Of a stretch of 64,000 bases of DNA, positions 39,767 through 49,402 are shown piece after piece. Every line of letters starts with the position of its first letter. Positions within the stretch are counted from its first letter, which is position 1. This stretch comes from a bacterium (GTDB lineage Bacteria > UBA8248). Under the pieces are notes generated by a model, which did no database searches, was not told where the DNA came from, and saw only the letters and a program-made list of their open reading frames with translations. The stretch lies in contig OZ253442.1 of NCBI GenBank assembly GCA_965261085.1, positions 960,001 through 1,024,000 of the forward strand. Reading direction: 5' to 3'. The position numbers were made by a program, and so were the translations under genes.

Positions 39767-40085
39767 TCAGCGCCTGCCACGGACGGCCAATCGCTTGGAT
39801 GTGACCCGCATCGCCCTGCGGGGCAGCCGGCCGTCGATAAACAACAGCCCCAAGCCAATTGTCGCCGCACCGGCCAGTTCGCGCACGAATATGGGTTCGG
39901 CGAGGAACAGGTTCCCGAGCAGAAGCGCCGTCACGGGCATCAGCAGCGTGACCAGCATCACGTTGCCGGCTCCGGCGCGCGTGAGGATCTCGAAGAACAC
40001 GACATACGCGATGGCCGTTCCGAACAAGGCGAGACCGCAAAGCGCCATCCAGACCTCGGTGCCGGGCATCGGCAGGTCCCCCATC
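39767..40085 (-). pseudogene. C-terminal fragment of EamA/DMT transporter
   Basis: LALFGTAIAYVVFFEIL.RAGAGNVMLVTLLMPVTALLLG.LFL.E...IDGR; the N-terminal half is absent. Confidence 0.75.
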
Positions 40086-40124
40086 TCGGTTGCACGCTCA
40101 AGGCCGTTGTCTGCCATGTCACCT

Positions 40125-40595
40125 TTACTGCTTATAGATGCCGCAACCGAAAATGTAGCCATTGTGGAGTACGACCCATGAGGATTTTGGAACGACTTTG
40201 CCAGTGAGTGGATCTTCCCATCTGTAATCCACCCATGCGCCATTTGTCGTGGCCTTGGCGAGAACGGCTTGTCCGACGTTGAGACCGTTGGGATCAATAA
40301 TGGCGACGGCGTTGGTTCCTATGAGCGAGCGGTCATGAGCGTGGGCAACGATGCGTAGTACGTTTCTATCCGCCTTATCCACGACGAACATGTATAGGTC
40401 ACCCTTTTTGAAATCGGCTCCAGGTCGGTTGTTGAAGCGATCAAATGCTGCCTTCATACCTACTTTATCGAACAGGGCGATGGCTTTTGCCACCATGGCC
40501 TGGGCCTCGGCGGGTGTGCCTCGATTTTGTTTGTCGGCGATGGCTGGTGCAGCGAGAAGCATCAGGGAAACGATGAGCGTGATTGTTTTTAACAT
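40125..40595 (-). CDS. Standalone secreted single Cache domain protein
   Basis: Signal peptide; GT..EA.AMV.KA, F..GDLY.FV, D.NG, WVDY.W.DP.TGK..PK.S and GCGIY. Confidence 0.85.
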   Translation of the reverse strand: MLKTITLIVSLMLLAAPAIADKQNRGTPAEAQAMVAKAIALFDKVGMKAAFDRFNNRPGADFKKGDLYMFVVDKADRNVLRIVAHAHDRSLIGTNAVAIIDPNGLNVGQAVLAKATTNGAWVDYRWEDPLTGKVVPKSSWVVLHNGYIFGCGIYKQ

Positions 40596-40749
40596 GGCTC
40601 GGTTACTCCTTTCGCATCAGGTGGCATGGGAGACCCAGCTTGGGATATTCACCTTGATCGAGATGGGTGGATATCCCAAGTAAGCATCCCAATTCAGCGG
40701 GCGATAGAAATTGACCAGAAATATCATGTTCACAACCCCAGAGCCCGGT

Positions 40750-40851
40750 TCATTGTAAGTGTGACGGTGTAGTCTGAATCATTCCCCGCAGATTGTATCG
40801 GTAGCAGAACTCATCCACATATTTTTGCAGGTGATTACGGCTCACGCCATG
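40750..40851 (-). pseudogene. IS1595-family transposase C-terminal remnant
   Basis: HGVSRNHLQKYVDEFCYRYN matches the H.VS.KHL..Y.DEF.FR.N motif. Confidence 0.7.
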
Positions 40852-40927
40852 CTCGGCTTCTCCACCGCCGCGCGGAAGCTCGCCCCGCGCATCGGGCGGT
40901 TGCCCGCTGGCCGATGACGGCGAGGCG

Positions 40928-41335
40928 CTATTCGTCGAAGTGGTAGTCGACCTGGTCGAAGCGGTCTCGCGCGAACGAGAACACCAGGAAGAGAGGTTCC
41001 GCGCCGGTGCAGCGCAACGTGTGCTTGGCATTGGGCGGAATATAGGCGGCGTATCCGGGCCCGACGTCGGCCGCACGGCCATCGATTTCCATGCGCCCGC
41101 GCCCCTGCACGATGTAATAGGTCTCTTCCGGCCCGTGGTGATGCAGCAAGAGCCGCTCGCCCGGCGGGATCTCCGCGATGCCGATGACGAGCCCGGCGCT
41201 CTCCGTGCGTTCGCCCGCGGTCAAGAGTTTCCAGCGGATGGCGCTGCGTGCGGCGACATCGGTATCCTCCCACCCTTCCCAAGGCAAATCCGCCTGATCG
41301 ATGATGACGGGTCGCGTCCGTGTTTTCACTATCAT
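40928..41335 (-). CDS. Cupin domain protein
   Basis: LHHHGPEETYYIVQG.G and YIPPNAKH. Confidence 0.82.
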   Translation of the reverse strand: MIVKTRTRPVIIDQADLPWEGWEDTDVAARSAIRWKLLTAGERTESAGLVIGIAEIPPGERLLLHHHGPEETYYIVQGRGRMEIDGRAADVGPGYAAYIPPNAKHTLRCTGAEPLFLVFSFARDRFDQVDYHFDE

Positions 41336-41825
41336 TCGCTCTTTCGTAAGCGTTGAGCGCAACGGCGGCTGGAAGTCTTGCTGAACTCGAAGCGGCCGCT
41401 GCGGAGGCGTCTTTCGCGCATTTACCATCCCACTGTAAGCAGCACCAGTCCCACCGAAGCAGTGCAGCCGGACAAGGTAAATGTGGGTCGAGATGAAAAA
41501 AATTGCAAACATTTTTTTTGGGGGGAAATCACCTGATTTTCCAGCCCTTTTGCGCCCGGAAAAAAGGTCGGTTTTCAGGCCGCTTTTTGCTCGGAATATC
41601 GGGGTTTCAACGGCGTTTAGCAGGCTGGTTTCTGGACGCGAAGCTGCACCGCACGAACGGTCGGGTCAAGCACCGTACTGGTCCAAAACGCTTTTCCGGG
41701 TTTTATCCCGGCCGGAACCCGGGGGTGTGAGACCCTGAGGAGCCGTTCGCTTCGAATGGCCGATGTGGTAGCGTAGCGAAACGGAATCATTGCGCCCTTA
41801 CCCGCCGGGAACGGGGATAGATGGC

Positions 41826-42668
41826 ATGCTGATGATCGACGCTCAGGTCCACGCCTATGAAAGGGATCTCCCGGGGCGGCCGTGGGCGGGCGTTCTGCCG
41901 GGACCGCCTGAGGTCACCGGCGACGGCATGGTCGCGGCCATGGATGCGGTCGGCGTCGACGCCGCCGTGTTGATCTCGCCGTTCGCCCTGTACCGCTACG
42001 ATGCCGGCTATGCGCTCGAGGTTCATGCCGCGCATCCGGGCCGGTTCGCCTTGATCAAGCCGGTCGACCCGACCGATCCCGCCGCGGCGGAAACGATCGA
42101 CGACTGGGCCACGCAGGAGGGGGCGGTGGGGGTCCGGATCATGCTGAACCCCGGCCTGCCCCTCGATCCGCACCATCCGGGCATCGACCGGGTTCTCGCC
42201 GCCGCCGCCCGCGCCTCACTGCCGGTCAATCTCATGTGCTGGGGCTTGCTGGAGCATGTCGCGCGGTATGCGCGCGAGCACCCGAGCACGATGCTGGTCA
42301 TCGATCACCTGGGCCTGCCGCAGCCTTTCGACCCGCCGGCGCCGCCTGAGCCCTTCGCCGACCTCCCCAAGCTCCTGGAGCTGGCGGCTCACGACAACGT
42401 GGCCGTGAAGATCACCGGCGCCTGCACGCTGTCCCGCGAACCCTACCCCTACGAGGATCTCTGGGACCCGCTCCGCCGGGTCTTCGACGCATTCGGTTTT
42501 GATCGGTGCCTGTGGGGCACCGACTGGACCCGCGCGGTCAATCTGCTGACCTACGAGCAGGGTGTCACGCCGTTCCGCCTCACGAACCGCCTGAGCGATG
42601 ACGAGCGCGCAGATCTCATGGGAGGCGCCTTGCAGCGGATATACAACTGGACGCCGGCGATCACCTAA
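41826..42668 (+). CDS. Amidohydrolase 2 family protein
   Basis: IDAQVH, IDHLG, VKITG and LWGTDW. Confidence 0.88.
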   Translation: MLMIDAQVHAYERDLPGRPWAGVLPGPPEVTGDGMVAAMDAVGVDAAVLISPFALYRYDAGYALEVHAAHPGRFALIKPVDPTDPAAAETIDDWATQEGAVGVRIMLNPGLPLDPHHPGIDRVLAAAARASLPVNLMCWGLLEHVARYAREHPSTMLVIDHLGLPQPFDPPAPPEPFADLPKLLELAAHDNVAVKITGACTLSREPYPYEDLWDPLRRVFDAFGFDRCLWGTDWTRAVNLLTYEQGVTPFRLTNRLSDDERADLMGGALQRIYNWTPAIT

Positions 42669-42674
42669 TCGGTG

Positions 42675-42710
42675 GGGTCAATCCCTCATTCATCAATCGG
42701 GATTGACCCT
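42675..42710. repeat. Inverted repeat (terminator/REP-like)
   Basis: ggggtcaatccc...gggattgaccc immediately after the amidohydrolase stop. Confidence 0.55.
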
Positions 42711-42775
42711 TTGAGGGGTTTGCCGACCAAGAATGGTTTCAAGAGGGAATTATATACAATCTTACCCAAGCCGCT

Positions 42776-42919
42776 TTAGCTGGCGGACTTCTTGAGATTG
42801 TCCCATCGTTTCTTCGGCGGGCCTTGCATGATGGCGCGGGCCACGTTCTCGGGAGTGTCCGGTATCGGTGGCGGCATCTTCTTTTCGGGTGGGCGGCCTC
42901 TGAGGGGCTTCTTGTCTAT
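42776..42919 (-). CDS. Small basic ORF (IDKKPLRGRPPEKKMPPPIPDTPENVARAIMQGPPKKRWDNLKKSAS)
   Basis: GGAGG RBS followed by ATA (possibly a mutated ATG); alternative ATG at 42877; GRP AT-hook-like motif. Confidence 0.4.
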   Translation of the reverse strand: MDKKPLRGRPPEKKMPPPIPDTPENVARAIMQGPPKKRWDNLKKSAS

Positions 42920-42950
42920 GTCCTTCCCTCCACTTCCTTGTTATATAGTT

Positions 42951-43361
42951 TCAGTCTCCGCATACCATATCACTCCAATTGTCTTGACAGTAATTCTTGA
43001 TATTTGCTGGGGTATCTGGAGATTTTAGTAGCCCATCTCTGATTTTCTTGAGGATTTCAGATCGAACAGGTTGGTTGAGTATAACGATTTCCATTTCGAT
43101 ACATTCATCAATTTTATTGCTGTCACTAAATTTTGCATCTATATAATTTATTACAGTCTTGCGGTAAATAAAGGAATGATCCCCCTCATTAAGAATGACG
43201 GTTTCATCCGAACCAAATCTGTGAGAAGTCATGTTTACTATTACAACCTTGGGAGGATCCCCATCATCAGGGTCTGTGAGAACGATCCATAGGTGGCGGT
43301 GGGGGTCCGCTTGTTCGTGTTCGAGGGCTCTGCGAAAAGTGTCTCCGGATGATATCGGCAT
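42951..43361 (-). CDS. Hypothetical protein, putative toxin (PemK/MazF-like SH3 fold suspected)
   Basis: GDTF...HLWIVL...VVIVNMTS...L..GDH.FI...TVINY pattern; start abuts the Panacea stop (TAAATG). Confidence 0.55.
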   Translation of the reverse strand: MPISSGDTFRRALEHEQADPHRHLWIVLTDPDDGDPPKVVIVNMTSHRFGSDETVILNEGDHSFIYRKTVINYIDAKFSDSNKIDECIEMEIVILNQPVRSEILKKIRDGLLKSPDTPANIKNYCQDNWSDMVCGD

Positions 43362-43919
43362 TTACGCACCAAACATACTATCGATATATCTACTTTCATC
43401 AAGCTCAACCTCGATTATGCTGGCTTCCATTTCGGTTTTCCCTCCGAACATCAAGATATCACGATATTCAATCCTGATCGCAGAACCTTTTGGATCTTGC
43501 CACTCTTCAAGATTTTTGTGGCACCAGTCCACAAGAGCCCATCTATCAAATTCTCCAAATTCATCGTAAATTTGTTCAAGGGTGTTCACCTCAGCTTCTG
43601 AGAGGCTATCCGTTGTGAAATCTTTATTTTTGATTGAAACCATGTAATTTTTGGGTTCAGCAATATGTTTTAACCAAAAAGAGTCAGCACCAGGAAGTGG
43701 ACCATCGGTTATCAAATCTTTGGTTCGACTCAAAATAGGACCTTTCGGTAAGGAATAATAATCATCAAAAGTGATGGGTCGCCCTCTCTCAAGGATTCTT
43801 TTGCGATCCGCAAGATACAAGAGCTTTATCAGCTTCATGTAACTCATGGTTCCGCCTTCTTTCTGGATCAGAATACATGCCGCCTGGGTCGCTTTGTCTT
43901 CCCGAAATTCAGGTTTCAT
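43362..43919 (-). CDS. Panacea (DUF4065/SocA-like) antitoxin
   Basis: MSYMKLIKLLYLADR......GRPIT.D.Y.SLPKGP, LS.AE...L and L.DW.H....EW. Confidence 0.85.
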   Translation of the reverse strand: MKPEFREDKATQAACILIQKEGGTMSYMKLIKLLYLADRKRILERGRPITFDDYYSLPKGPILSRTKDLITDGPLPGADSFWLKHIAEPKNYMVSIKNKDFTTDSLSEAEVNTLEQIYDEFGEFDRWALVDWCHKNLEEWQDPKGSAIRIEYRDILMFGGKTEMEASIIEVELDESRYIDSMFGA

Positions 43920-44124
43920 CCTCTTGCCCCCCCAAGAGGTGTTGGGCGAACTTTCACACCGACACCGAGGCACGATATGTGCCTTCCTCTTGACACACCC
44001 TTCCCGGGTGTGCATAAATTTTTTTTGGGGTGTGAATTGCTTCTTGTTTTGTTGTTAATAAGTTCTTTAATTTTGCCATAAAAATCACAAAATGTCAAAC
44101 ACGTTAAACCCTTGGTGGTGTCTT

Positions 44125-45015
44125 CTACGCCACCAAGTCCTGATAGCGTAGCCTCTTGCCGTGCATGCCGAGAACCACGGATTCCATCTGGTTGATGGTG
44201 TCCATGGGGCGGATGTTATGGCGACCCGCGAACTCGGATACATATCGTTCAAGGTGCTTCTTGCTCATCTTGTGGAAAACGCCGTTGTGAGCGCGCTAGA
44301 GCATGGCCCAGAAGGATTCAACGCCGTTCGTATGGGCTTGCTTCTTCACGTATTCGCCGACGCTGTGCTTCACGGATTCATGGTCGAATCCTTGCATGCT
44401 TTGATATGAGGTATGGTCGTCGGTATACACCTTCGCTCCATCCTTCAGGTGGCGCTGGATGAATCCCTGCAAGGTGCTCTCGTCGGTCGATTCCACCACG
44501 CTCGCCTTGATTTTGTTCGTATCCCTATCTTTTACGCCTGCCACAATCGCCTTGTCAACGATTCCCCGGCCTTCCAGTTTCTCCCGCTTGGACTTCGGCA
44601 TGTTCTTGCGCTTGCCGCCCATGTAGGTCTCATCCACTTCTACGGGGCCGGAAAACAACCCGGCGTTGTCTCGCCACGTCTCCCGAATGCGGTGCGCCAT
44701 GTGCCACGCGCTCTTTTGCGTGATTCCAAGATCGCGGTGCAACTTCATGGATGATACGCCCTTGAGGTTCGTCGTGGAAAGGTAAATCGCAATCGCCCAC
44801 TTTTGAAGTCCGAGATTCGAGCCTTGCATGAGCGTTCCCGTCTTTACAGAAAAATCTTTGCGGCAATCGCGGCAACGGAAGGGCTGTGGCTTGTGGGTCT
44901 TTCGCTCTTGAACATTCAGGCTCCCGCATTCAGGGCAGCACACGCCAACGGGCCAGCGCGCCTTGATGAACCATGCCTCCGCCGTCTCGTCATCGGGAAA
45001 CATGCGGGTCAACTT
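44125..45015 (-). pseudogene. IS1595-family transposase, inactivated
   Basis: CPECGS...CRDC zinc ribbon, VEVDETY.GG, YTDD, HTNGVESFW. In-frame TAG at 44296-44298, after which the frame continues RAHNGVFHKMSKKHLERYVSEFAGRHN...RLRYQDLVA*. N-terminus truncated. Confidence 0.9.
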
Positions 45016-45017
45016 CG

Positions 45018-45180
45018 ACTGATGAAGGAGGAGTTGTCGCAGAAGCCGAGCGATTTGTGCGAAGGCTGATGCGTGGGGGGTGAATTCCGACTGAAGAAGG
45101 AGGAATTCTTCCAAGCGAGGAGCGAGGAATTGCGAACCGATGCTTTGCCGATCCGCGAGCAATCGCTCCTTCCTCAGTCG
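45018..45180. repeat. Palindromic repeat element containing copy 2 of the 69-bp repeat
   Basis: Ends cgactgatgaaggag / ctccttcctcagtcg are inverted; 45073-45141 matches 34880-34948 in inverted orientation. Confidence 0.7.
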
Positions 45181-45212
45181 CGATTGACAGGCAAGCTACG
45201 CGGGACGCGCGC

Positions 45213-46241
45213 TCACGAATCGATCAGAACCGGCGCTCGACCGACCACCCGGTTTTCCGAGAGGTCGGCCAGCGCCTTCTCCACCTCGGCCAGGGGGTAC
45301 GTCCCCGAAACGACCGGCTTCACCCGGCCCGACCCGACCCAGGCGGCGGCCTCGGCCAACTCCGCGCGATTCACGTAGCGCGAGCCGGTTACCGTGATCT
45401 CATCGTCCACGAAGCGGGTGGGGTCGCACGCGAAGACCGTTCCCGGCTGAAAGCCCACAACGACGAGGACGCCCGTCCTCGTCAGCGAAGCGAAGCTCTT
45501 CGGCAACGTCTGCTCCGTGCCCACGAACTCCAGCACGGCCTCGGCTCCCTTGCCGCCGGTGACCTCTCTCACGACCGCGGCGAAGTCCTCCTCCCGGCCG
45601 TTCACCGCGTGGTCTGCGCCCAGCTCCCGGGCCCGGGCGAGCTTGGCGTCGTCGATGTCCACCGCGATGACGCGCGCGCCGAAGGCCTTGGCGATCTGGA
45701 CGGCGTGAATTCCCACACCGCCGCAGGCGCCGACGACGACCACGTCATCCCCCGGGCGCACGCCCGCGCGCGTTTTGATGGCCTTGAGCGGGGTCGCCAC
45801 CGGGCTCACGATGGTCGTGGCCTCGGCGTACCCCACTCCTTCCGGAATGGCGCACAGGTTCCCCGCCGGGACCCGCACGTACTCGGCGTAGCCGCCGTCT
45901 TGATGCACCCCGAAGTAGCCCTGGAAATTCTCGCAGAGGGTCACCCGGCCGAGCAGGCAAAACCGGCACCGCCCGCAGGTGAGATAGGCGTGGACGACCG
46001 CGCGGGCGCCCTCCTCCCATCCCTCGACGCCCGGCCCCCGCGCGGCCACCTCGCCCGCGATCTCGTGCCCCATGATGAGGGGCAGCTTTCCGCCGATCCG
46101 GCCCGCGCGGATGGTCACGTCGAACTGATCCGGCGCGCAGGCGCGCACGCGCAGCACGACTTCTCCGATACCCGGCGCCGGGTCGGGCACCGTTTCGAGC
46201 GTCAGGGGACCTCCCCATTCATGCAGCACCATGGCCCGCAT
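45213..46241 (-). CDS. Zn-dependent (MDR) alcohol dehydrogenase
   Basis: GHEIAGE, CGRCRFC...C and GACGGVG. Confidence 0.9.
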   Translation of the reverse strand: MRAMVLHEWGGPLTLETVPDPAPGIGEVVLRVRACAPDQFDVTIRAGRIGGKLPLIMGHEIAGEVAARGPGVEGWEEGARAVVHAYLTCGRCRFCLLGRVTLCENFQGYFGVHQDGGYAEYVRVPAGNLCAIPEGVGYAEATTIVSPVATPLKAIKTRAGVRPGDDVVVVGACGGVGIHAVQIAKAFGARVIAVDIDDAKLARARELGADHAVNGREEDFAAVVREVTGGKGAEAVLEFVGTEQTLPKSFASLTRTGVLVVVGFQPGTVFACDPTRFVDDEITVTGSRYVNRAELAEAAAWVGSGRVKPVVSGTYPLAEVEKALADLSENRVVGRAPVLIDS

Positions 46242-46579
46242 CGGAGCCTCCTCTTTGGTCGGACAAAAATAACTGCGAATGGCCCGAAAAAACGACCCTT
46301 CCTCTCCTCCCGATGATTCTGGGGGGGATTTTAGGAGAATCGTACTATTTTCGCAATAATCGGATCGGGCGACCAGCCTTCGGCGGCGCCTCGCTCCGCG
46401 GCCCGTGCGGCGAGGGCCATCACGAACAGGGGATCGCGCAGGTGGAAGCGCGACAGGGAAACGGCGTCCGTGAACAGCGGCGGATCGAAACCGAGGTCAT
46501 AGGCGCTTTATGAATTTCAGATATTCGGGTGTCGGCGTGAATTCGTTCCACCTCCCTGCGCGCAGACGCTTCTTCTCCG

Positions 46580-46637
46580 CCGAATTCATGAAAATATCGA
46601 TAAATATAGATAAATTCACGATGGTTTTCGATAAATA
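46580..46637. repeat. 58-bp AT-rich dispersed repeat, copy 2
   Basis: 48/58 identity with 1405-1462. Confidence 0.75.
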
Positions 46638-46764
46638 AATCTCTCGAATCCGCCCCCGAAGCGGGCGCACCTCCCTCCGCGTTCGATACTTTGCCGAGTA
46701 TACGGGTTCTCAAGCGAGCGCCGCACCGGCAAATGCGGGAAATTGCGGGGAAATGCGCGGGAAG

Positions 46765-47793
46765 TTATCCGAAGAACAGCTCCGCGGCGCCGAAGAAGTC
46801 CTCCCGCAGCGTGTTCACCTTGCCGAGGACTTTTTCCAGCGCCACCGGATTGATATCGCGTCCCTGCAGCGCCGCCATGACGCCCCAGGTTCCCTCGTGC
46901 GCGAGTTCGCTCGCCCGCACGCCCAGGCGCGTCGCCAGCACCCGGTCGTAGGGCACGGGCGAGCCGCCTCGCTGGATGTGCCCCAGGATGACGGCGCGCG
47001 TATCCACGTTCATCCTGTCCCCGATTTGCTGGGCGAGGTATTCGCCGACGCCGCCGAGCTGCACGTGCCCGAACTCATCGACCGCCTCGCTGCGCGTGAT
47101 GTAGTTGTCTATCCCTTCGGGCCTTGCGCCCTCGGCCACGACCACGTTGGCGAAGTTGCGCCCGCGTGCGAAGCGCGCCTTGAGAACAGAGACCACCTCA
47201 TCGATATTGAAGGGCCGCTCGGGCACGAGGATGAGGTCCGCGCCGCCGGCGATTCCCGCATAGGTGGCGAGCCAGCCCGAGTGGCGTCCCATGACTTCCA
47301 GGATGATGACGCGGTCGTGCGCCTCCGCCGTGGTGCGCAGGCGGTCGATGGCGTCGGTGATGACGCCGACGGCGGTGTGGAAGCCGAACGAGTAGTCCGT
47401 GAAGCCGATGTCGTTGTCTATCGTCTTGGGTACGCTGATGACGTTCATGCCTTCGGTGTTCAGGAAGGCGGCGACGCTCAGCGTATCATCTCCCCCGATG
47501 GCGATGAGGCCGTCGATGCGCGATGCGCGCCAGTTTTCCTTGAGTTGTTCGAGCATGGCCGGGTCTTTTGTGGGGTTCGTTCTCGAGGAGCCCAGAATGG
47601 TGCCCCCCTTGTCGAGGATGCCGGAGATCATCGGGCCCGTGATTTCGACGAAATCTCCCTCCACCAGGCCGCGCCAGCCCCGGCGGATGCCCAGCGTATG
47701 GCTCCCGCGATGAAAATTCGATGCCGTCACCGCGCGGATGACCGCGTTGAGGCCGGGGCAGTCTCCGCCCCCCGTCAATACGCCTAGCTTCAT
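46765..47793 (-). CDS. pfkA: 6-phosphofructokinase (group III, possibly PPi-dependent)
   Basis: TGGGDCPGLN, GGTILGSSR, GGDDT, PKTIDND, EVMGRHSG and LGHIQRGG. Confidence 0.92.
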   Translation of the reverse strand: MKLGVLTGGGDCPGLNAVIRAVTASNFHRGSHTLGIRRGWRGLVEGDFVEITGPMISGILDKGGTILGSSRTNPTKDPAMLEQLKENWRASRIDGLIAIGGDDTLSVAAFLNTEGMNVISVPKTIDNDIGFTDYSFGFHTAVGVITDAIDRLRTTAEAHDRVIILEVMGRHSGWLATYAGIAGGADLILVPERPFNIDEVVSVLKARFARGRNFANVVVAEGARPEGIDNYITRSEAVDEFGHVQLGGVGEYLAQQIGDRMNVDTRAVILGHIQRGGSPVPYDRVLATRLGVRASELAHEGTWGVMAALQGRDINPVALEKVLGKVNTLREDFFGAAELFFG

Positions 47794-48146
47794 ATCTCGT
47801 GTTTCCTTCTGGTGAGGTGGGATTCATCTGCTTTTCGCATTCGCGGCATTTTATCACATCCGGGCTACGGTTGGGTGTTGGCCGCGTTACGATTGGGTGA
47901 ACGGCCATCTCTCGGTTTTCCTGCAAGAGGGCGATTCTACACAATATCGCTGCGTCTGAAAGGCCGCTCCCAGGCGGATCCCCAAAACGAAAATTTGGCG
48001 GCGCCCGCCTTTCATGTTAAAATCAATCCAAGTCGGAAAAGGTGAATACAAGCGCAAGATCCTGGGTGGATAGTGCGTCAGATGGGTCGTGGTCGGCCGC
48101 AGTTTCGTCTTGAGCGGCCGTTTCATCTCAACCGGAGGAGAGCATC

Positions 48147-49295
48147 ATGTCCAGCAACGAGTTTCATGAGCATCCCGAAATAATCATTCCCGAATCATCC
48201 GATCTAACGCGCAGGAGCTTCATCCAGACCCTTGGCGTCGCAGGCGCTGCGGCCATGGCGCCGATGGTGTTCACGACGCCCGAGGCAAGCGCCGCAAACT
48301 GGCCCGCGCGCCCTATCACGACCGTGGTGATGTACGCGGCGGGCGGGGGCACAGATACCGTCATCCGCACCCTGGTGGGAGAGATAGCGAAATCCACGGG
48401 CTGGGCCGTCAACGCCATCAACCGTCCCGGCTCGGTGGGAGGCGTGGCCACCCGCTACGTGCTCAACAAGGCGGCCGACGGCTACACGTGGCTGGGCGCT
48501 GCGAACTACAACAAGTTCGTCCGCCCGATGGGATACACGGATTCGGCGGCGTGGATTGACTGGCAACACTTCGCGGCGGCGACCTCGCTCGCGAGCTGGT
48601 CCGTGCGGCCCGATTCGCCCTTCAAGACCTTCAATGACGTGGTCGCCGCGGCCAAGAAGAAATCCGGCAAACTCACCATCTCGACATCGGGCGTGGGTAG
48701 CATCTGGCACGAAGTGGGCGCCATCGTCGCTGACGCCGCCGGAATCGAGTTGCGTTTCGTCCCCTATAAAGGCGGAAAACCGGCGACCGTCGCAGGTCTG
48801 CAGGGCGAGGTGGATATCGCGGGTGGCGGCGTGCACGAGCACGTCGAGTTCCTGCGGGCGGGCAAACTGCGCAACCTCATGCACACGGGTCCAAAGGATC
48901 TGGACATCCCGGACTACGGAAAGGCGTACACCATCGTCAACTACATACCCGCGCTCAAGGCCCTGACGCCCATGGGCGGAACCTACAGCATCGCAGTGAG
49001 GCGGCAGACGCCGGTCGAAGTGCTCAACAAGATAAAACCGGCGTGGATCGCGGCTTCCAAGTCCGAAGCCTTCGGGAAAATTGCGAAGCGCAAATACTTC
49101 CAGAGCGACATCCGCGTGGGCGCGGACGCGGATCGCCGGGCCGCGCAACTCGAGAGCCTGAGCGCCACTACCCTGTTGAAGTTGCAGAAGCACATTGGCA
49201 AAAAGGTGCGCGGACCCAAGGAACTCGGCCTTCCAGCTCCGAAGGATTTCGATGCCTGGTGGCCGCCCAAGGGATACAAACCCCGTATGAGCTAG
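48147..49295 (+). CDS. Tripartite tricarboxylate transporter substrate-binding protein (Bug/TctC) with Tat signal
   Basis: TRRSFI Tat motif; WP.RPIT.VV.YAAGGGTD, ADGYT and VPYKGG. Confidence 0.88.
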   Translation: MSSNEFHEHPEIIIPESSDLTRRSFIQTLGVAGAAAMAPMVFTTPEASAANWPARPITTVVMYAAGGGTDTVIRTLVGEIAKSTGWAVNAINRPGSVGGVATRYVLNKAADGYTWLGAANYNKFVRPMGYTDSAAWIDWQHFAAATSLASWSVRPDSPFKTFNDVVAAAKKKSGKLTISTSGVGSIWHEVGAIVADAAGIELRFVPYKGGKPATVAGLQGEVDIAGGGVHEHVEFLRAGKLRNLMHTGPKDLDIPDYGKAYTIVNYIPALKALTPMGGTYSIAVRRQTPVEVLNKIKPAWIAASKSEAFGKIAKRKYFQSDIRVGADADRRAAQLESLSATTLLKLQKHIGKKVRGPKELGLPAPKDFDAWWPPKGYKPRMS

Positions 49296-49402
49296 ACGGC
49301 TTATCGCACAGTGCCTGCCCCGAGCGGGGCCGCTCGAAAAGTGAGGCGGCCCGTTCGGGGAGGCCGTATTCCTTTATTCTGTTTCTATGCCGAGAGAATT
49401 GC

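Larger units (their letters stand above)
42745..45015 (-). mobile_element. Decayed IS1595-family element with passenger genes
   Basis: Transposase pseudogene followed by Panacea and toxin-like genes, a small Pro/Lys-rich ORF and a candidate terminus gggaattatataca at 42745; the other end is overwritten by a repeat element. Confidence 0.6.

Noticed and set aside
39767-40297. 176-aa ORF as an intact gene
   Set aside because: Its N-terminal part overlaps the Cache gene out of frame; only the EamA-like C-terminal portion is credible.
44296-44298. Amber recoding (pyrrolysine or alternative code) suggested by two in-frame TAGs
   Set aside because: Many intact genes here end properly at TAG, no pyl genes are visible, and the transposase is also 5'-truncated.
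46330-46510. Minus-strand frame AYDLGFDPPLFTDAVSLSRFHLRDPLFVMALAARAA, a possible gene fragment
   Set aside because: No start codon or recognisable family; cannot be supported without a search.
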